A stretch of DNA of 64,000 bases from assembly GCA_965200155.1 (NCBI GenBank), contig CBDATR010000010.1, positions 448,001 to 512,000 of the forward strand. Direction: 5' to 3'. Positions within the stretch are counted from its first letter, which is position 1, and each line of letters begins with the position of its first letter. Below the pieces are notes generated by a model. That model was not told the DNA's origin. It saw only the letters and a list, made by a program, of their open reading frames with translations, and searched no databases. Made by a program: the position numbers and the translations under genes. The DNA is from Nitrosopumilaceae archaeon. Its GTDB lineage: Archaea > Thermoproteota > Nitrososphaeria > Nitrososphaerales > Nitrosopumilaceae. Positions 52,959-63,267 of the stretch are shown in pieces.

Positions 52959-54788
52959 GTAACCGTTTAGGTCGCACCATGACTTAACCATATATTCTGA
53001 TTAGTCCAATACACGACATATGGAAGACCCCGAGGTTGAGATTCTACGGGACAAGTTAGCCAAGGTCATGGCTGAATAAGAAAGAAACACCAAAATGAAG
53101 AGAAAGATTTGATTATCCGCCGGTTGTCTTAGAGGGAGGATCTGGAGTCAACCAATGCGAGGAAACGTAAAGAATTGGCATTGCGTGAGGAATATTTAGC
53201 TCAACTAAGGTAGCGTATGAGTTCACGTCTTCCGGAATCTTATGCACAAATCACATTAACTGTCGCGATCAGTTATGCGTAAATTTAGACACAGGTGAAC
53301 TCATACAAGGTAGCAGCTCAACCGCAAGCACATACTAATTTGCTCAATAACTGACGGATGGTACATCCAGAAGTCAAAATACTGCGAGACAAACTAGCCG
53401 GATCTATAGGCGCTAACGGTAAACTGATCAGAATAATCAAAGGGAAAGACATGATCATCGAGATACAATCAGAGAGGATTACAAGGTTGGAGACAACGTT
53501 GAAGATAATACTCGCAGCGAGGGATGTGGAAGTAAAATCATTAAAGAATCGTCTCCGATACTATGAAAGCCCGCATACCCCAACCATCACAGAACTCCAT
53601 TCAGAAGATGAAAAAAGCCGCAAAGAAAAAGGTAAACGCCACTCAAGCGAGGCCGGAGGAGCGGGCACCCAGGAAAATCCCACAACAGAAGGCCTGGCAA
53701 AATAGTCCGCAAGACCCCTGACAGGTGTTCAAAATGCGGCTCTAAAAACCTGGAAAAGACCGGCAACACCACAACAGACATACCCGTTATTCCGAAAGCC
53801 GAGGTTACCGCGCACATAATAGAGGAGTGCCGGTGCCTAGAAGTCATAACATTACGGATATGGTACATGAACCCGGAGTGATCCCGGGCACACAATTTGG
53901 ACCCAACTTATTGACCATGATCACCACTGCATATTACAATGGTTCCACACTGCAGGGTATCGCGTACACCATGAAAATGTACGATGCAGGCTCCTGCAAG
54001 GCAGCAATACAGCACACCATGGAAGCTGCATCTGAAAAAATGGAGAAAGAGGTGGGAAAAATCCGGGAGGATTTGGCCAAATCCTAGACCATACTGATGG
54101 ACGAGACCCCCCTCTCGCTGAACGGCAAGACTGTATACGCGTGGGCGTGCAGTGGAAATGACAGCATAGCATACAAGCTGGCCACCTCACGCTCATCGGA
54201 GATAATCAAAATGTACTATTCAGACATACTGGACAAGCTAATCACGTGTGACGGATATGCCGGATATAACATATTTTACAATATACGAGGTGCTGGGCAC
54301 ATATTACGGGAATCAAAAGATGCATCCGAGGCCCGGCCCACCGGAAACATTACATAAAATGCTTCAGGATATACGCCGAGGCCCGGGACTTGAATCCTGA
54401 AGAGACGACTCCGGATATCCTAGATTCGTTCGAGATACGTGTGCTCTCCATAGCCACCCGGTGGCAAAAGCTGGGTGTAAAATTCGGCAATAAGCTGGAA
54501 GGGCATCTCCAAATCTGTTTACATTCCTGCGCTACCCCGGAATGGCACCCACTAATAACGAGTCTGAGCGCGTGCTGCGCCGCTTCGTCATACATCGCAA
54601 GATACGCATGTCTTGGGGCTCATACAAGGGTATGAAGGTAGTAGAGAACATCCTGACCTGCATGATAACGTGGAGAAAGCGCGGACTCAACACAGATACT
54701 GTCCATACTTGGGGCAAGTTAAACGACCATACCAAGAACAATCTGGTGTAGTGCATTTCTCTTTGCTAAGGGTGACCTAAACGGTTAC
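52959..54788 (+). mobile_element. IS66 element (GTAACCG-ended family), transposase pseudogenised; probable parent family of MITE-2
   Basis: TIRs GTAACCGTTTAGGTC / GACCTAAACGGTTAC; MDETP, TCDGYAGY and PTNNESERVLR fragments; duplicated N-terminus. Confidence 0.85.
53215..53306 (+). mobile_element. MITE-1
   Basis: TSD AAGGTAGC. Confidence 0.95.
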
Positions 54789-55166
54789 CCCTGCATCCAT
54801 ACTATCGGATAACGGCGCGTGTTTCGTAGGACAATAAAAGGGCAAAAAGAACTGGAAACCAACACTATTCGAGGAAGAACTGCTGGATCAAGACATCATA
54901 CTAATCAATTCCAGACCATACCACCCGCAGACAAATGGCAAACTGGAGCGCTTCCATGGAATGATTGAGGATAAGATATAGCATTATGACAGTCTCCGGG
55001 ATTATGTGGACTACTACAATTAGAGAAGATTGCACTTCTCACTGGATAGATAACGGCGAAACGCCGCTTCAGGAATAAAAAGGCGACCCAGACAATTAGG
55101 GCAAATGATGCAAAATGGATGGAGCGGGATGCTAATGACTAGCGGACCGACTTTTCATACATTACA
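54789..55166 (+). mobile_element. IS481 3' fragment
   Basis: Matches 48955-49326. Confidence 0.85.
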
Positions 55167-55279
55167 GGCTGGATACACGGTAACGTATTCTCTCGCGGCT
55201 CTGTTGGTATCGGGCATAGGCCCCGGATTGTCTCATAATATGGCGAGTTACACAAGTCTGCTACATGCAAGTCTGGGAC

Positions 55280-55530
55280 GTAATCGTTTAGGCCGCCCCT
55301 AGTCAACCGTTCAAAAATACGCCGCGAACATAACTGCTCTTGTTTTGTATGAGTTCACGTCTTCCGGAATCTTGTGCACAAATCACATTAACTAGAACAA
55401 CCTGTTCCATCAGTTGTGCGTAAATTTAGACACAGGTGAACTCATACCTTGTTTTTTCTAACATGATATCACATATACCCGTAAATTTGCCGTCCTGATG
55501 CCTGATCTTTAACCCGACCCAAACGGTTAC
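55280..55530. mobile_element. MITE-2 interrupted by MITE-1
   Basis: GTAATCGTTTAGG...CCCAAACGGTTAC; interior homologous to 11988. Confidence 0.75.
55347..55447 (+). mobile_element. MITE-1 variant B (101 bp)
   Basis: TSD CTTGTTTT; centre AGAACAACCTGTTCC. Confidence 0.95.
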
Positions 55531-55730
55531 AGTTCACATGTGTTCACACTTGGCTATGATTGGCAGGATTTGTGACCGTGAGTGCGTGTGTCTTGTTGCC
55601 ACTTCTGGCTACAGTACCAAAATGTAACGATTCTATAACAGAGTATGATCAGTGCGGTTTGGGAAGGCTATACATGTAACATGGCAATCATGTCACCAGT
55701 CCCTAGAGATTTATTATTGATTAAACACAC

Positions 55731-56192
55731 ATGAGTATGGAAAACTATGCAGGGAATATAATATCCAATTTGGCTGGCCTGCCAGAGTTCCTGCGAAAAC
55801 CCATGCTACGCAGCAGGATGGCAAACTTTTCCGGCCTAACTGATGCTGAAAAAATCGAGGTCATAGATGATGCCCTAAGTGCAAGCTCTACGGTACCTTT
55901 TGATCTCTTTGCAAACCTGTTTGGGACGTGGCTACAGGTGCTAGCAGAAATGGACGTACAGAGCCGACGAGTAATACTGGAATACTATATACGCCATCTC
56001 GCGGAATATCCGGAGAATGTTATTGGCCTGCATGTAGATGGACTGACAGGAATATTTGTTGGGCTCAGCGAGGAGTACCAAAATGTGATAATAATCTCTG
56101 TACGGGATATAGTGAATGGTATAGGGCCGGAACAAAAGCGAAGGGTACTGCTACTTGTGCCGTCTGTGATAAAAGATAAGCTGGAAGCCTAG
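55731..56192 (+). CDS. Conserved thaumarchaeal hypothetical protein
   Basis: LAGLPEFLRKPMLRSRM N-terminus. Confidence 0.75.
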   Translation: MSMENYAGNIISNLAGLPEFLRKPMLRSRMANFSGLTDAEKIEVIDDALSASSTVPFDLFANLFGTWLQVLAEMDVQSRRVILEYYIRHLAEYPENVIGLHVDGLTGIFVGLSEEYQNVIIISVRDIVNGIGPEQKRRVLLLVPSVIKDKLEA

Positions 56193-56455
56193 GCATCAGG
56201 GTTACGATTGTCCTCATTGGCGTAATCTATGACATCACCTTTGGCGCTAAGGACACCGGCAAATATTTTTTCATGTTTCTTGAGGGCTTTTCGGTGATCT
56301 GGCAGGGACATGTCCAGACGCATCTCGTTCATCACCATTATGCGATACTCCTTCCATTCTGCCCAACATTTGTTACAGCAAGGGTATCTGGCCGCAAATG
56401 GATCCAGCTCCTCATCAGAGGGTATCTCGTTCTTGCACTTTGTACATGCAGACAT
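56189..56455 (-). CDS. Fe(II)-trafficking YggX-like protein
   Basis: C..CWAEW...VMNEMRLDM motif. Confidence 0.75.
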   Translation of the reverse strand: MSACTKCKNEIPSDEELDPFAARYPCCNKCWAEWKEYRIMVMNEMRLDMSLPDHRKALKKHEKIFAGVLSAKGDVIDYANEDNRNPDA

Positions 56456-56527
56456 ACGCGCCGAAAACATGTTAGCGAATTTATCCCTTTGCCAAATAAT
56501 ATAGGAGTGGCTTTCCTACAAATATGC

Positions 56528-56734
56528 ATGAAGATAAAGTGTGCCAAATGTCAGGAAAGTGCAAATCTCACACCGGACTTTGCCACCATAACATGTGAGC
56601 ACTGCGGTTTGGAGTGCACTTATGGCGAATACGTCAAGTTTGTGGCCCATAATGATGCCACCTACTCAGACATATTGGCCGACTATGCAGGCAACAAAAG
56701 CCAGCCCATGGGGACACTGGACGATTGGGATTGA
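56528..56734 (+). CDS. Small zinc-ribbon protein
   Basis: MKIKCAKC...CEHC...YGEYV. Confidence 0.7.
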   Translation: MKIKCAKCQESANLTPDFATITCEHCGLECTYGEYVKFVAHNDATYSDILADYAGNKSQPMGTLDDWD

Positions 56735-56770
56735 CAAGGAATATAAAACCGGCATCCGCGAAAAATATGC

Positions 56771-57208
56771 TTGTCAGAATTAGAAGATCCACCTGTATTG
56801 AATGAGGTAGATCAGGCCCTAAACAAAGCGGCAGATATGTATCGCAAGTTAATGGAACGTGATGACGTAACGGACGAGCAGCGAGAGAAGATGGAGGGAA
56901 ATCTCCAAGCAATGATGGAGCGAGAGGTCATAGAGAATAGCGAAGCACACCAACCAAAGGAGATCATATCAGACGAGGTACAGGTAGGACCACCCACCCT
57001 GACCCGCTTTGAAAAGGCGCGTATAATGGGGGCAAGGGCATTACAACTTTCCATGGGGGCCCCGCCCTTTGTGGACATACCAGTAGAGGCAAAGATGTCC
57101 CTAACTATAGCAAATGAGGAACTGGATATGCGGGTCATACCCATAGTAATTAGACGTACGCTCCCCAATGGAGACTTTCAGAACATTCCAATAAGATTAT
57201 TTGACTAG
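56771..57208 (+). CDS. rpo6: RNA polymerase subunit Rpo6 (K) with acidic N-terminal extension
   Basis: LTRFEKARIMGARALQLSMGAP and IRRTLP motifs. Confidence 0.95.
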   Translation: MSELEDPPVLNEVDQALNKAADMYRKLMERDDVTDEQREKMEGNLQAMMEREVIENSEAHQPKEIISDEVQVGPPTLTRFEKARIMGARALQLSMGAPPFVDIPVEAKMSLTIANEELDMRVIPIVIRRTLPNGDFQNIPIRLFD

Positions 57209-57325
57209 GCTACGGCCAAAACACGTAACCGGCATTTTCGGTATCAAGGATTCCGCAAGTGATCATGTACTCACTTTGGATTGAGGGGAATCACAGTTGC
57301 GCTTCACAGGTATTTTCGGTAAAAT

Positions 57326-57670
57326 ATGCAGTTGACACCACATAATTTAATACCACACAATTATCAGTGTGTTATAGTGTCAGCACAAAAAAACACATGG
57401 ACAAATATGCCTGATGATCAGGTCATGCTTGTAAGTGGGGCGCCCATCATGAATATGGTCATAGAAGCCATGTCTACACTTGGTGACAAGGAGCTCTTGT
57501 CCATAAGGGGCAAGGAGGAAGACATACCAAGAGCCGTGGTGGTTGCCAACATACTCACAGAAAAGATGATGAGCAATAATTCCAAGGTTTACAAGATAAT
57601 CCTAGATGCCATCATAAAACCGGACGGCAGTATGGCATCAACCATCGAGATAATTATGACAAAAGTCTAG
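57326..57670 (+). CDS. Alba-like nucleic-acid-binding protein (start may be 57407)
   Basis: IRGKEEDIPRAVVVANI...STIEI. Confidence 0.65.
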   Translation: MQLTPHNLIPHNYQCVIVSAQKNTWTNMPDDQVMLVSGAPIMNMVIEAMSTLGDKELLSIRGKEEDIPRAVVVANILTEKMMSNNSKVYKIILDAIIKPDGSMASTIEIIMTKV

Positions 57671-58083
57671 TACATGGTACCAGGGCCTCTCAAAAGCAGG
57701 TTCTCGCATTCCTTGCAAACCTGCTCGTCTATACCCGTCTCTATTTGATGATGTATCTCGCATATGAGCAGGCTTGACTTGATATAGTTACACAAGCCGA
57801 TAAATTTGGAGAGGCTGGCGGGGGTATAAGCCCGATCTGATGCCAAGTCACGGCTGAGGTCATCTATCATTCTTGCAACATTCTTGTCTTTGAGCAGTTT
57901 TTCTATAAGGGCAGGATCCCCCCGAGTTCCCCGGATGTAATTGCTAATGGCAGCCTGGGTTACGCCCAGCATTTTGGATATTGTATACTCGGCTATTCCG
58001 TGATCCGCGGTCAGCTTCTTTGCCAGGATTGCCCGTATGGCAGGGATTAGTGTCTTTGACTCTATCTCGGCAGGCAACAACAT
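57667..58083 (-). CDS. HTH transcriptional regulator (COG2522-like)
   Basis: IPAIRAILA...LGVTQAAISNYIRGTRG. Confidence 0.85.
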   Translation of the reverse strand: MLLPAEIESKTLIPAIRAILAKKLTADHGIAEYTISKMLGVTQAAISNYIRGTRGDPALIEKLLKDKNVARMIDDLSRDLASDRAYTPASLSKFIGLCNYIKSSLLICEIHHQIETGIDEQVCKECENLLLRGPGTMY

Positions 58084-58237
58084 TGGTAACTATGACTTGG
58101 ACAGCAGATTTATGTTTTATTTATTATAGGTAAAGCTAATCCATAGTTTGTCGCATGCCACACGAATTTGGTTGCACGCTATCCAAAATCACGTTGTGTG
58201 ATACAAAAACATATGCCTGACCCTACATCACTTATAC

Positions 58238-59179
58238 ATGATTTTGGACATATACGGGCTTTTGGACAAGGCGTGCAGGGAGTGTAATGCGGATGCCGTG
58301 GCGCTGTCCGGGGGCTTGGACAGCACCATAATAGCATACATGATCAGGGAACGATCCCCCCAGGGCATATCTGTCATATCCAAGGACTTTGTGGCAACAG
58401 ACTTGACGTACTGCCAGATGGCAGCCTCCCGGCTGGATATTGGTACGCGTATTGTACAACCGGACACTCCCCAGATACTGGAAGCCATAAGTGAATGTAT
58501 AGGCATACTGGGTAATTTCAACAACATTGAGATACGAAATAGCGCAGTGATGTATCTTGCCATAAAGGCCGCCAAGGAGATGGGCTCCCATTCGCTAGTT
58601 ACGGGAGATGGTGCCGATGAGATATTTGCCGGCTATGACTTTTTGTGCAGGATCAGTCATGACCGTCTGGCTACAGAACTCCGTCGCATAAGGAGTGTGA
58701 TGCACTTTACATCCGCAGACATGGGCAAGCACATGGGAATAAAGATTGAGTCGCCTTTCCTGGATCCGGATCTGCTGGAGGCCGCTGCCAATATACGTCC
58801 GGAGATGCTCATAGGAATGCATAATGGAGCAAGAATGGGCAAGATGATACTGCGCCATCTATTCAAGGACAGAATACCACACCAGATAGCGTGGAGGGCA
58901 AAGTCTCCCATGCAAGACGGGGCAGGTACCTCGGGATTGATAGGTATGCTGGACGCGCTAATGCCCGGCGACATATTTGATGAGCGTGTCAAGTGTATAC
59001 AGGAGAGTGACGGCATCCGCATCCGTACCAAGGAGTCGCTATTCTATTATGAAGAATACCGGAAGCGGTTCAGTGTGCCAATAGCAGCTCCCTCGGACAG
59101 GCGAAGCTGCCGGTACTGCAAGTATGCCCTAAGTGATAACTCTAATTTCTGTAGGATGTGTGGGGCCTTTCCTGCCTAG
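58238..59179 (+). CDS. Asparagine synthase-like ATP-pyrophosphatase with C-terminal zinc ribbon
   Basis: LSGGLDS, TGDGADEIFAGY and SPFLD motifs; no glutaminase domain. Confidence 0.85.
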   Translation: MILDIYGLLDKACRECNADAVALSGGLDSTIIAYMIRERSPQGISVISKDFVATDLTYCQMAASRLDIGTRIVQPDTPQILEAISECIGILGNFNNIEIRNSAVMYLAIKAAKEMGSHSLVTGDGADEIFAGYDFLCRISHDRLATELRRIRSVMHFTSADMGKHMGIKIESPFLDPDLLEAAANIRPEMLIGMHNGARMGKMILRHLFKDRIPHQIAWRAKSPMQDGAGTSGLIGMLDALMPGDIFDERVKCIQESDGIRIRTKESLFYYEEYRKRFSVPIAAPSDRRSCRYCKYALSDNSNFCRMCGAFPA

Positions 59180-59310
59180 CGCCACCGACGGGGTTTGATG
59201 AATATTCGGCGGCACCCATTACAGCAAAAATAGTAAGTCTTCCCCTTGTGTTCGTGTACCAGAGCCAGCTTCTCGTCAAGCTCTATTCCACACACGGGAT
59301 CCACGGGCAT
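59176..59310 (-). CDS. YHS/TRASH domain protein (44 aa, missing from the ORF track)
   Basis: MPVDPVCG...GKTYYFCCNGC. Confidence 0.85.
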   Translation of the reverse strand: MPVDPVCGIELDEKLALVHEHKGKTYYFCCNGCRRIFIKPRRWR

Positions 59311-59351
59311 AACCTACGGCGCTGCAGTCCATTTATAAATCCAATATCATA

Positions 59352-59470
59352 AACGCCAGCACTGTTGCTTCCCAAGAGCTCTCGCACCTTAGTAACACAA
59401 CAGCGACACTAGGTTTGACTTCCAAGTTCGGAATGGGATTGGGTCGCACCCTAGCGCTATGGCCGGCTTG
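59352..59470 (-). rRNA. rrf: 5S rRNA
   Basis: GGCCATAGC...ACCCAATCCCATTCCGAAC...GAAGTCAAAC; about 119 nt with paired ends. Confidence 0.95.
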
Positions 59471-59807
59471 TCACTTGTCATTATTGGGCCATTTATTAAG
59501 GTGGCGGAAAGTGTCACGATTTCACAGAAATCCGGGATAAATGGTACCTATGGAATGCCAACTGCTAGAACAGGACCCGCCATATGGTAACCGTTTAGAT
59601 CACCCTCGGCATACTTGTTTCTACTCAACTTCCTGTTCCGGGTAGCCAAAACCTAGACTAACGTATTTTGAAATTGTATAGCCTTCGGTCATCGTGATAA
59701 CCCCCGCAAACTCGTACCCGGACTTTTGGTTTTTTGTGTTACCTAGATAGTTACTGTCAGGAATGCGGAATATGGTAAATATAGATGAATATCAGATTGA
59801 ATGTTAA

Positions 59808-60941
59808 GTGTTGGTATTATTCACCCCCGAACTAGTTTCACACCGTAAACTAGACATACTGTTTCTAATGGGCATATCCCTAGTCTTTCTTGCCCCCGGA
59901 AGCACCTTTGCGGTAGGCGAGTATATAGAGTATGACATAATAGCGGATTATCATTTGTCGTTGCTGGATACGTACATCTTTTATGGTGACACGCTTGCAG
60001 GTGAAGAGTATTTGATACTTGATGAGTATAGTACAGTGCTCTCTGATTACATCACACTGCTGGCTGAATATATTCTCTATTATGATGAGTTGAGCGCATA
60101 CGAGTCATTTGAGTACACCATACAGTTAGACGAGGACATAATTTTACTGAAGGTGTATGTCACACTGCTAGATGGGTACATTTTTGACGATTATAGAGGA
60201 CATTTTGTTCCTGTTTATAGACCGGATTATGTATCATATTATGGCGTAGGGACATGGTTGTACGATATTGACTTTCTCGAGGCAGAGGCAGATTGGCTTA
60301 ACGAGACGTTCTATTTACCATATGATGTTATTATAGCGGCCTCCGAATGTGGTGAGGAAAATGCATTTTATAACTCCTATTACAAGATGGTTATCCTATG
60401 TTATGAGCTTGTAGATCATCTTTTTGACATATACTACGAGTTCAACGGAGATAATGAAAGCTGTTTTGATATAATTTATGATGGTACAGTTGAGGAAGTC
60501 TGTGAAAGTGCAACGGACTTTGTATTTGCTAATGTATATGCGGCATTATACCACGAGATGGGGCACGCCGTACTGGGCATCTATAACCTGCCATATACCG
60601 GCCTTGAGGAGAACGTGGCTGATCAGTTTTCCGGTTTGGTACTTAGTCGCACTGAAGGTGGATATGACATGATGCATAATGTAGCAAAGTATTGGCAGTA
60701 CTCGTCTGAGTCATCAGAACCGATACCGTGGGATACACATGCGGGGGACCTACAACGATTCTATAACATATCATGCTATGTGTATGGGGCAGATACATAC
60801 TACAACGCGTTTCTGGTCGAAGATGGACTACTCCCCGAAGACCGTGCCGTATGGTGCGAGGAGGAATACGAGCAAATATCATATGCGTTTGGGCATCTGC
60901 TGTATGATTACAATAACGGCTTTTTTAATCACATTCCATAG
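59808..60941 (+). CDS. DUF4344-like exported zinc metallopeptidase
   Basis: ECGEENAFY, LCYE, YHEMGH, EENVADQF and H...QRFYNISC motifs. Confidence 0.8.
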   Translation: MLVLFTPELVSHRKLDILFLMGISLVFLAPGSTFAVGEYIEYDIIADYHLSLLDTYIFYGDTLAGEEYLILDEYSTVLSDYITLLAEYILYYDELSAYESFEYTIQLDEDIILLKVYVTLLDGYIFDDYRGHFVPVYRPDYVSYYGVGTWLYDIDFLEAEADWLNETFYLPYDVIIAASECGEENAFYNSYYKMVILCYELVDHLFDIYYEFNGDNESCFDIIYDGTVEEVCESATDFVFANVYAALYHEMGHAVLGIYNLPYTGLEENVADQFSGLVLSRTEGGYDMMHNVAKYWQYSSESSEPIPWDTHAGDLQRFYNISCYVYGADTYYNAFLVEDGLLPEDRAVWCEEEYEQISYAFGHLLYDYNNGFFNHIP

Positions 60942-61065
60942 ATATGTGACCCTTGTCCCGATATTGTGAATATCACTCATTAACTAGTGTGGTTCTTTAC
61001 TCATGTCTATGGCTCCAAGTTGTACAAGAATTTTTCGTAGTATTTCCCCCAAGAACGCGGTAGTG

Positions 61066-61158
61066 GTATGAGTTCAGTTCTTCCTAAATCATGTTGGACT
61101 AATGATACTGATCATTGCAATCTGCCGTACGTAAAATTAGGCTTAGCTGAACCCATAC
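61066..61158 (+). mobile_element. Divergent MITE-1 relative
   Basis: GTATGAGTTCAG...CTGAACCCATAC, 93 bp. Confidence 0.7.
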
Positions 61159-61260
61159 GTATGGTCTGGAAGATATACGTTTGCGCAGATTATAGCGGTC
61201 ATCATAAGTCTTTGGGCGACTAATTTGATCAAAATAACACAATTATCACAGGCTTATTTG

Positions 61261-61361
61261 GTATGAGTTCACCTGTGTCTAAATTTACGCATAACTGATG
61301 GAACAGGTTGTTCTAGTTAATGTGATTTGTGCATAAGATTCCGGAAGACGTGAACTCATAC
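61261..61361 (-). mobile_element. MITE-1 variant B (101 bp)
   Basis: Centre GGAACAGGTTGTTCT; no clean TSD. Confidence 0.9.
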
Positions 61362-61531
61362 CTTGCATCTGCTGATTTAGCCTGTCTGCCATCCTGTTGT
61401 GATATTTTATGGAAAATCACCGCCAAGACTTATGGTGACTGCTATAGTACTACATAAGCGCATGATTGAGGAAGACAGGAACTCATACTGGTGCGGCAAC
61501 ACTAAAAACTACATCCTTCTCTCAATATGTC

Positions 61532-62041
61532 ATGCTTGGCAGAAAACCTGTACTGAAAGAGGGTGTTCACATCTTTAGTACAATATCGGGAACAGAGCAT
61601 ACTGACTTTGTTATTGGTGTAGTAACAGGTACGGAGGGCAGACAAGTTGGCATAAATGGCATTCGTGTATCCATGGTGGGACTGAAGAATAAAGTGGAGC
61701 AGGGTAAGGCTGGCCAAAGGTCACAGGAGATACTGACAAATCCTACACCGGATAACCTCATCATGGGACTCATATATAGGGTGGAGTATGACAACTATAC
61801 ATCAATACTGGATTTGAACAAAGACAAGTGTGACATAATTCCGCCCAAGGTGTACAGCATAATTGAGGGATGGATACGGGAGTCATTACCGGAGATGCTC
61901 AATAACATACTTTCACTGCCGCCAGGTCCAGAACGGGATGAGGCAAAAAGAGTCGTACGACATCGTATGGATACCCTGCTGGACAAGAATCTCAAGCGTA
62001 CATTATACTCTGTGTGTCGCAGTCTCAAGATACTAAACTAG
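61532..62041 (+). CDS. Conserved thaumarchaeal hypothetical protein
   Basis: MLGRKPVLKEG...LYSVCRSLKILN. Confidence 0.75.
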   Translation: MLGRKPVLKEGVHIFSTISGTEHTDFVIGVVTGTEGRQVGINGIRVSMVGLKNKVEQGKAGQRSQEILTNPTPDNLIMGLIYRVEYDNYTSILDLNKDKCDIIPPKVYSIIEGWIRESLPEMLNNILSLPPGPERDEAKRVVRHRMDTLLDKNLKRTLYSVCRSLKILN

Positions 62042-62151
62042 TTAGATCAGTCTGGTTCTGATGATTATGTCGCACTCTGCACAAATCATTACAATCCATA
62101 GCGCGTAAATTTAGACATGCATGAATTCTTTCAGTATGTGTTTGAGACTTT

Positions 62152-62604
62152 CTAAGTTCGCTTTGCCACGGTTTCTTGCATAAGCTGGCGCAAGTGTGCC
62201 TTGTTGCGTACAGTATTGCCGCCTACCTTCTTGTAGAGCATCCAGAACTCTGGATTGGTTATGTCTTTACGATCCTTGGCTATCTTTAGCAATCGACGGA
62301 GGGACCTGACTTTGGCTACATATGTCTCCTTGGTATGCGTACGTGCCCCCTTGCGTCCCTGCTTGGAGCCGTGCTTGGTGCCTCTCCTGTTACGCTGATT
62401 CCTCTTGTATTGAGCCCTGCCTCGTGATGTACCCTTGAACGGCTTTATTGTTATTGTCCCTGCCGTGATAAGGGCGCGAATATTTTGGCGGGTAATGGAA
62501 TCGCCTATGTCTTCCAGTCTGTCAGCATCAAAGCGTATGCGGTGCACACCAACCCCTGTGACACGAGCTGCTAGGCGTTTTTTCGCTAGAAGATTAATTG
62601 CCAT
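62152..62604 (-). CDS. rpl19e: 50S ribosomal protein L19e
   Basis: KKRLAA, TRQNIRALI, SRGR and GSKQGRKGAR motifs. Confidence 0.95.
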   Translation of the reverse strand: MAINLLAKKRLAARVTGVGVHRIRFDADRLEDIGDSITRQNIRALITAGTITIKPFKGTSRGRAQYKRNQRNRRGTKHGSKQGRKGARTHTKETYVAKVRSLRRLLKIAKDRKDITNPEFWMLYKKVGGNTVRNKAHLRQLMQETVAKRT

Positions 62605-62992
62605 ACACGCTCACTCTCCCGTTGAATATCTTGAATTTTTGTTGCATAGCTACTTTTAGTATTCGAACTCTCTTGCGTGTTCCAACAGAGTGCCCCAGTC
62701 GTATGCCATCCGAAGACGGTTGCAATGCCTTCAGATCTTCCACCCTAAACACAACGTTATCAGTATATCCTGATGGATGCAATCCTCGCGCAACCTTGGG
62801 TCCCCTGTATCCAACTTTGACCAATCCTGGCCTACCCCGACTCTTTTGCTTGCGCTGGTGATTATCTATGCCCTTGGGTTTTCTCCATCTCGGCTTGAGC
62901 CTGTCGTATCTCCAACTCTCCGGCCGCATAAACTTTGGCTTGGCCTTCTTTACTTCGTGCCGTTTTGCGATGGCACCCTTATTTATGGACAT
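62594..62992 (-). CDS. rpl32e: 50S ribosomal protein L32e
   Basis: WRKPKGIDN, VGYRGP and RGLHPSG motifs. Confidence 0.95.
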   Translation of the reverse strand: MSINKGAIAKRHEVKKAKPKFMRPESWRYDRLKPRWRKPKGIDNHQRKQKSRGRPGLVKVGYRGPKVARGLHPSGYTDNVVFRVEDLKALQPSSDGIRLGHSVGTRKRVRILKVAMQQKFKIFNGRVSVYGN

Positions 62993-63039
62993 ATGGCTAT
63001 GTCCAATTGCTCAAAATAAATAGTTATTGAAAGCCAAGG

Positions 63040-63267
63040 GTATGAGTTCACGTGTTTTGATCATATGATAAGATTGTAATTGACTTGGTACAACAATATT
63101 GCGCTTAAATACCAAGTTTGAAATAGAATCTAATGAGTAGGCGTATAACACGTAATAAATGGGAGCAGGAAAACCGGCTGCTCCGGGACACCCGTACGTC
63201 CACCAAGAGGGATCTTGCAGATGCGATGAGACACGTGAAGGTATTGGAAGATGATATTGCAAATATT
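63040..63267 (+). mobile_element. IS66 (second subfamily) 5' end, interrupted by IS5
   Basis: Matches 24385-24607. Confidence 0.85.

Noticed and set aside
56771-56960. N-terminal extension of Rpo6 as a novel fusion
   Set aside because: Acidic extensions on Rpo6/RPB6 are known in thaumarchaea and eukaryotes.
59352-59470. 5S rRNA unlinked from 16S-23S
   Set aside because: This is the normal arrangement in Thaumarchaeota.
57225-59640. Partial scar-like words (GTAACCGGCAT 57225, AGAACAGGACCC about 59567, TTCCTGTTCC about 59630)
   Set aside because: Only half-matches with no reference allele; they could be chance.
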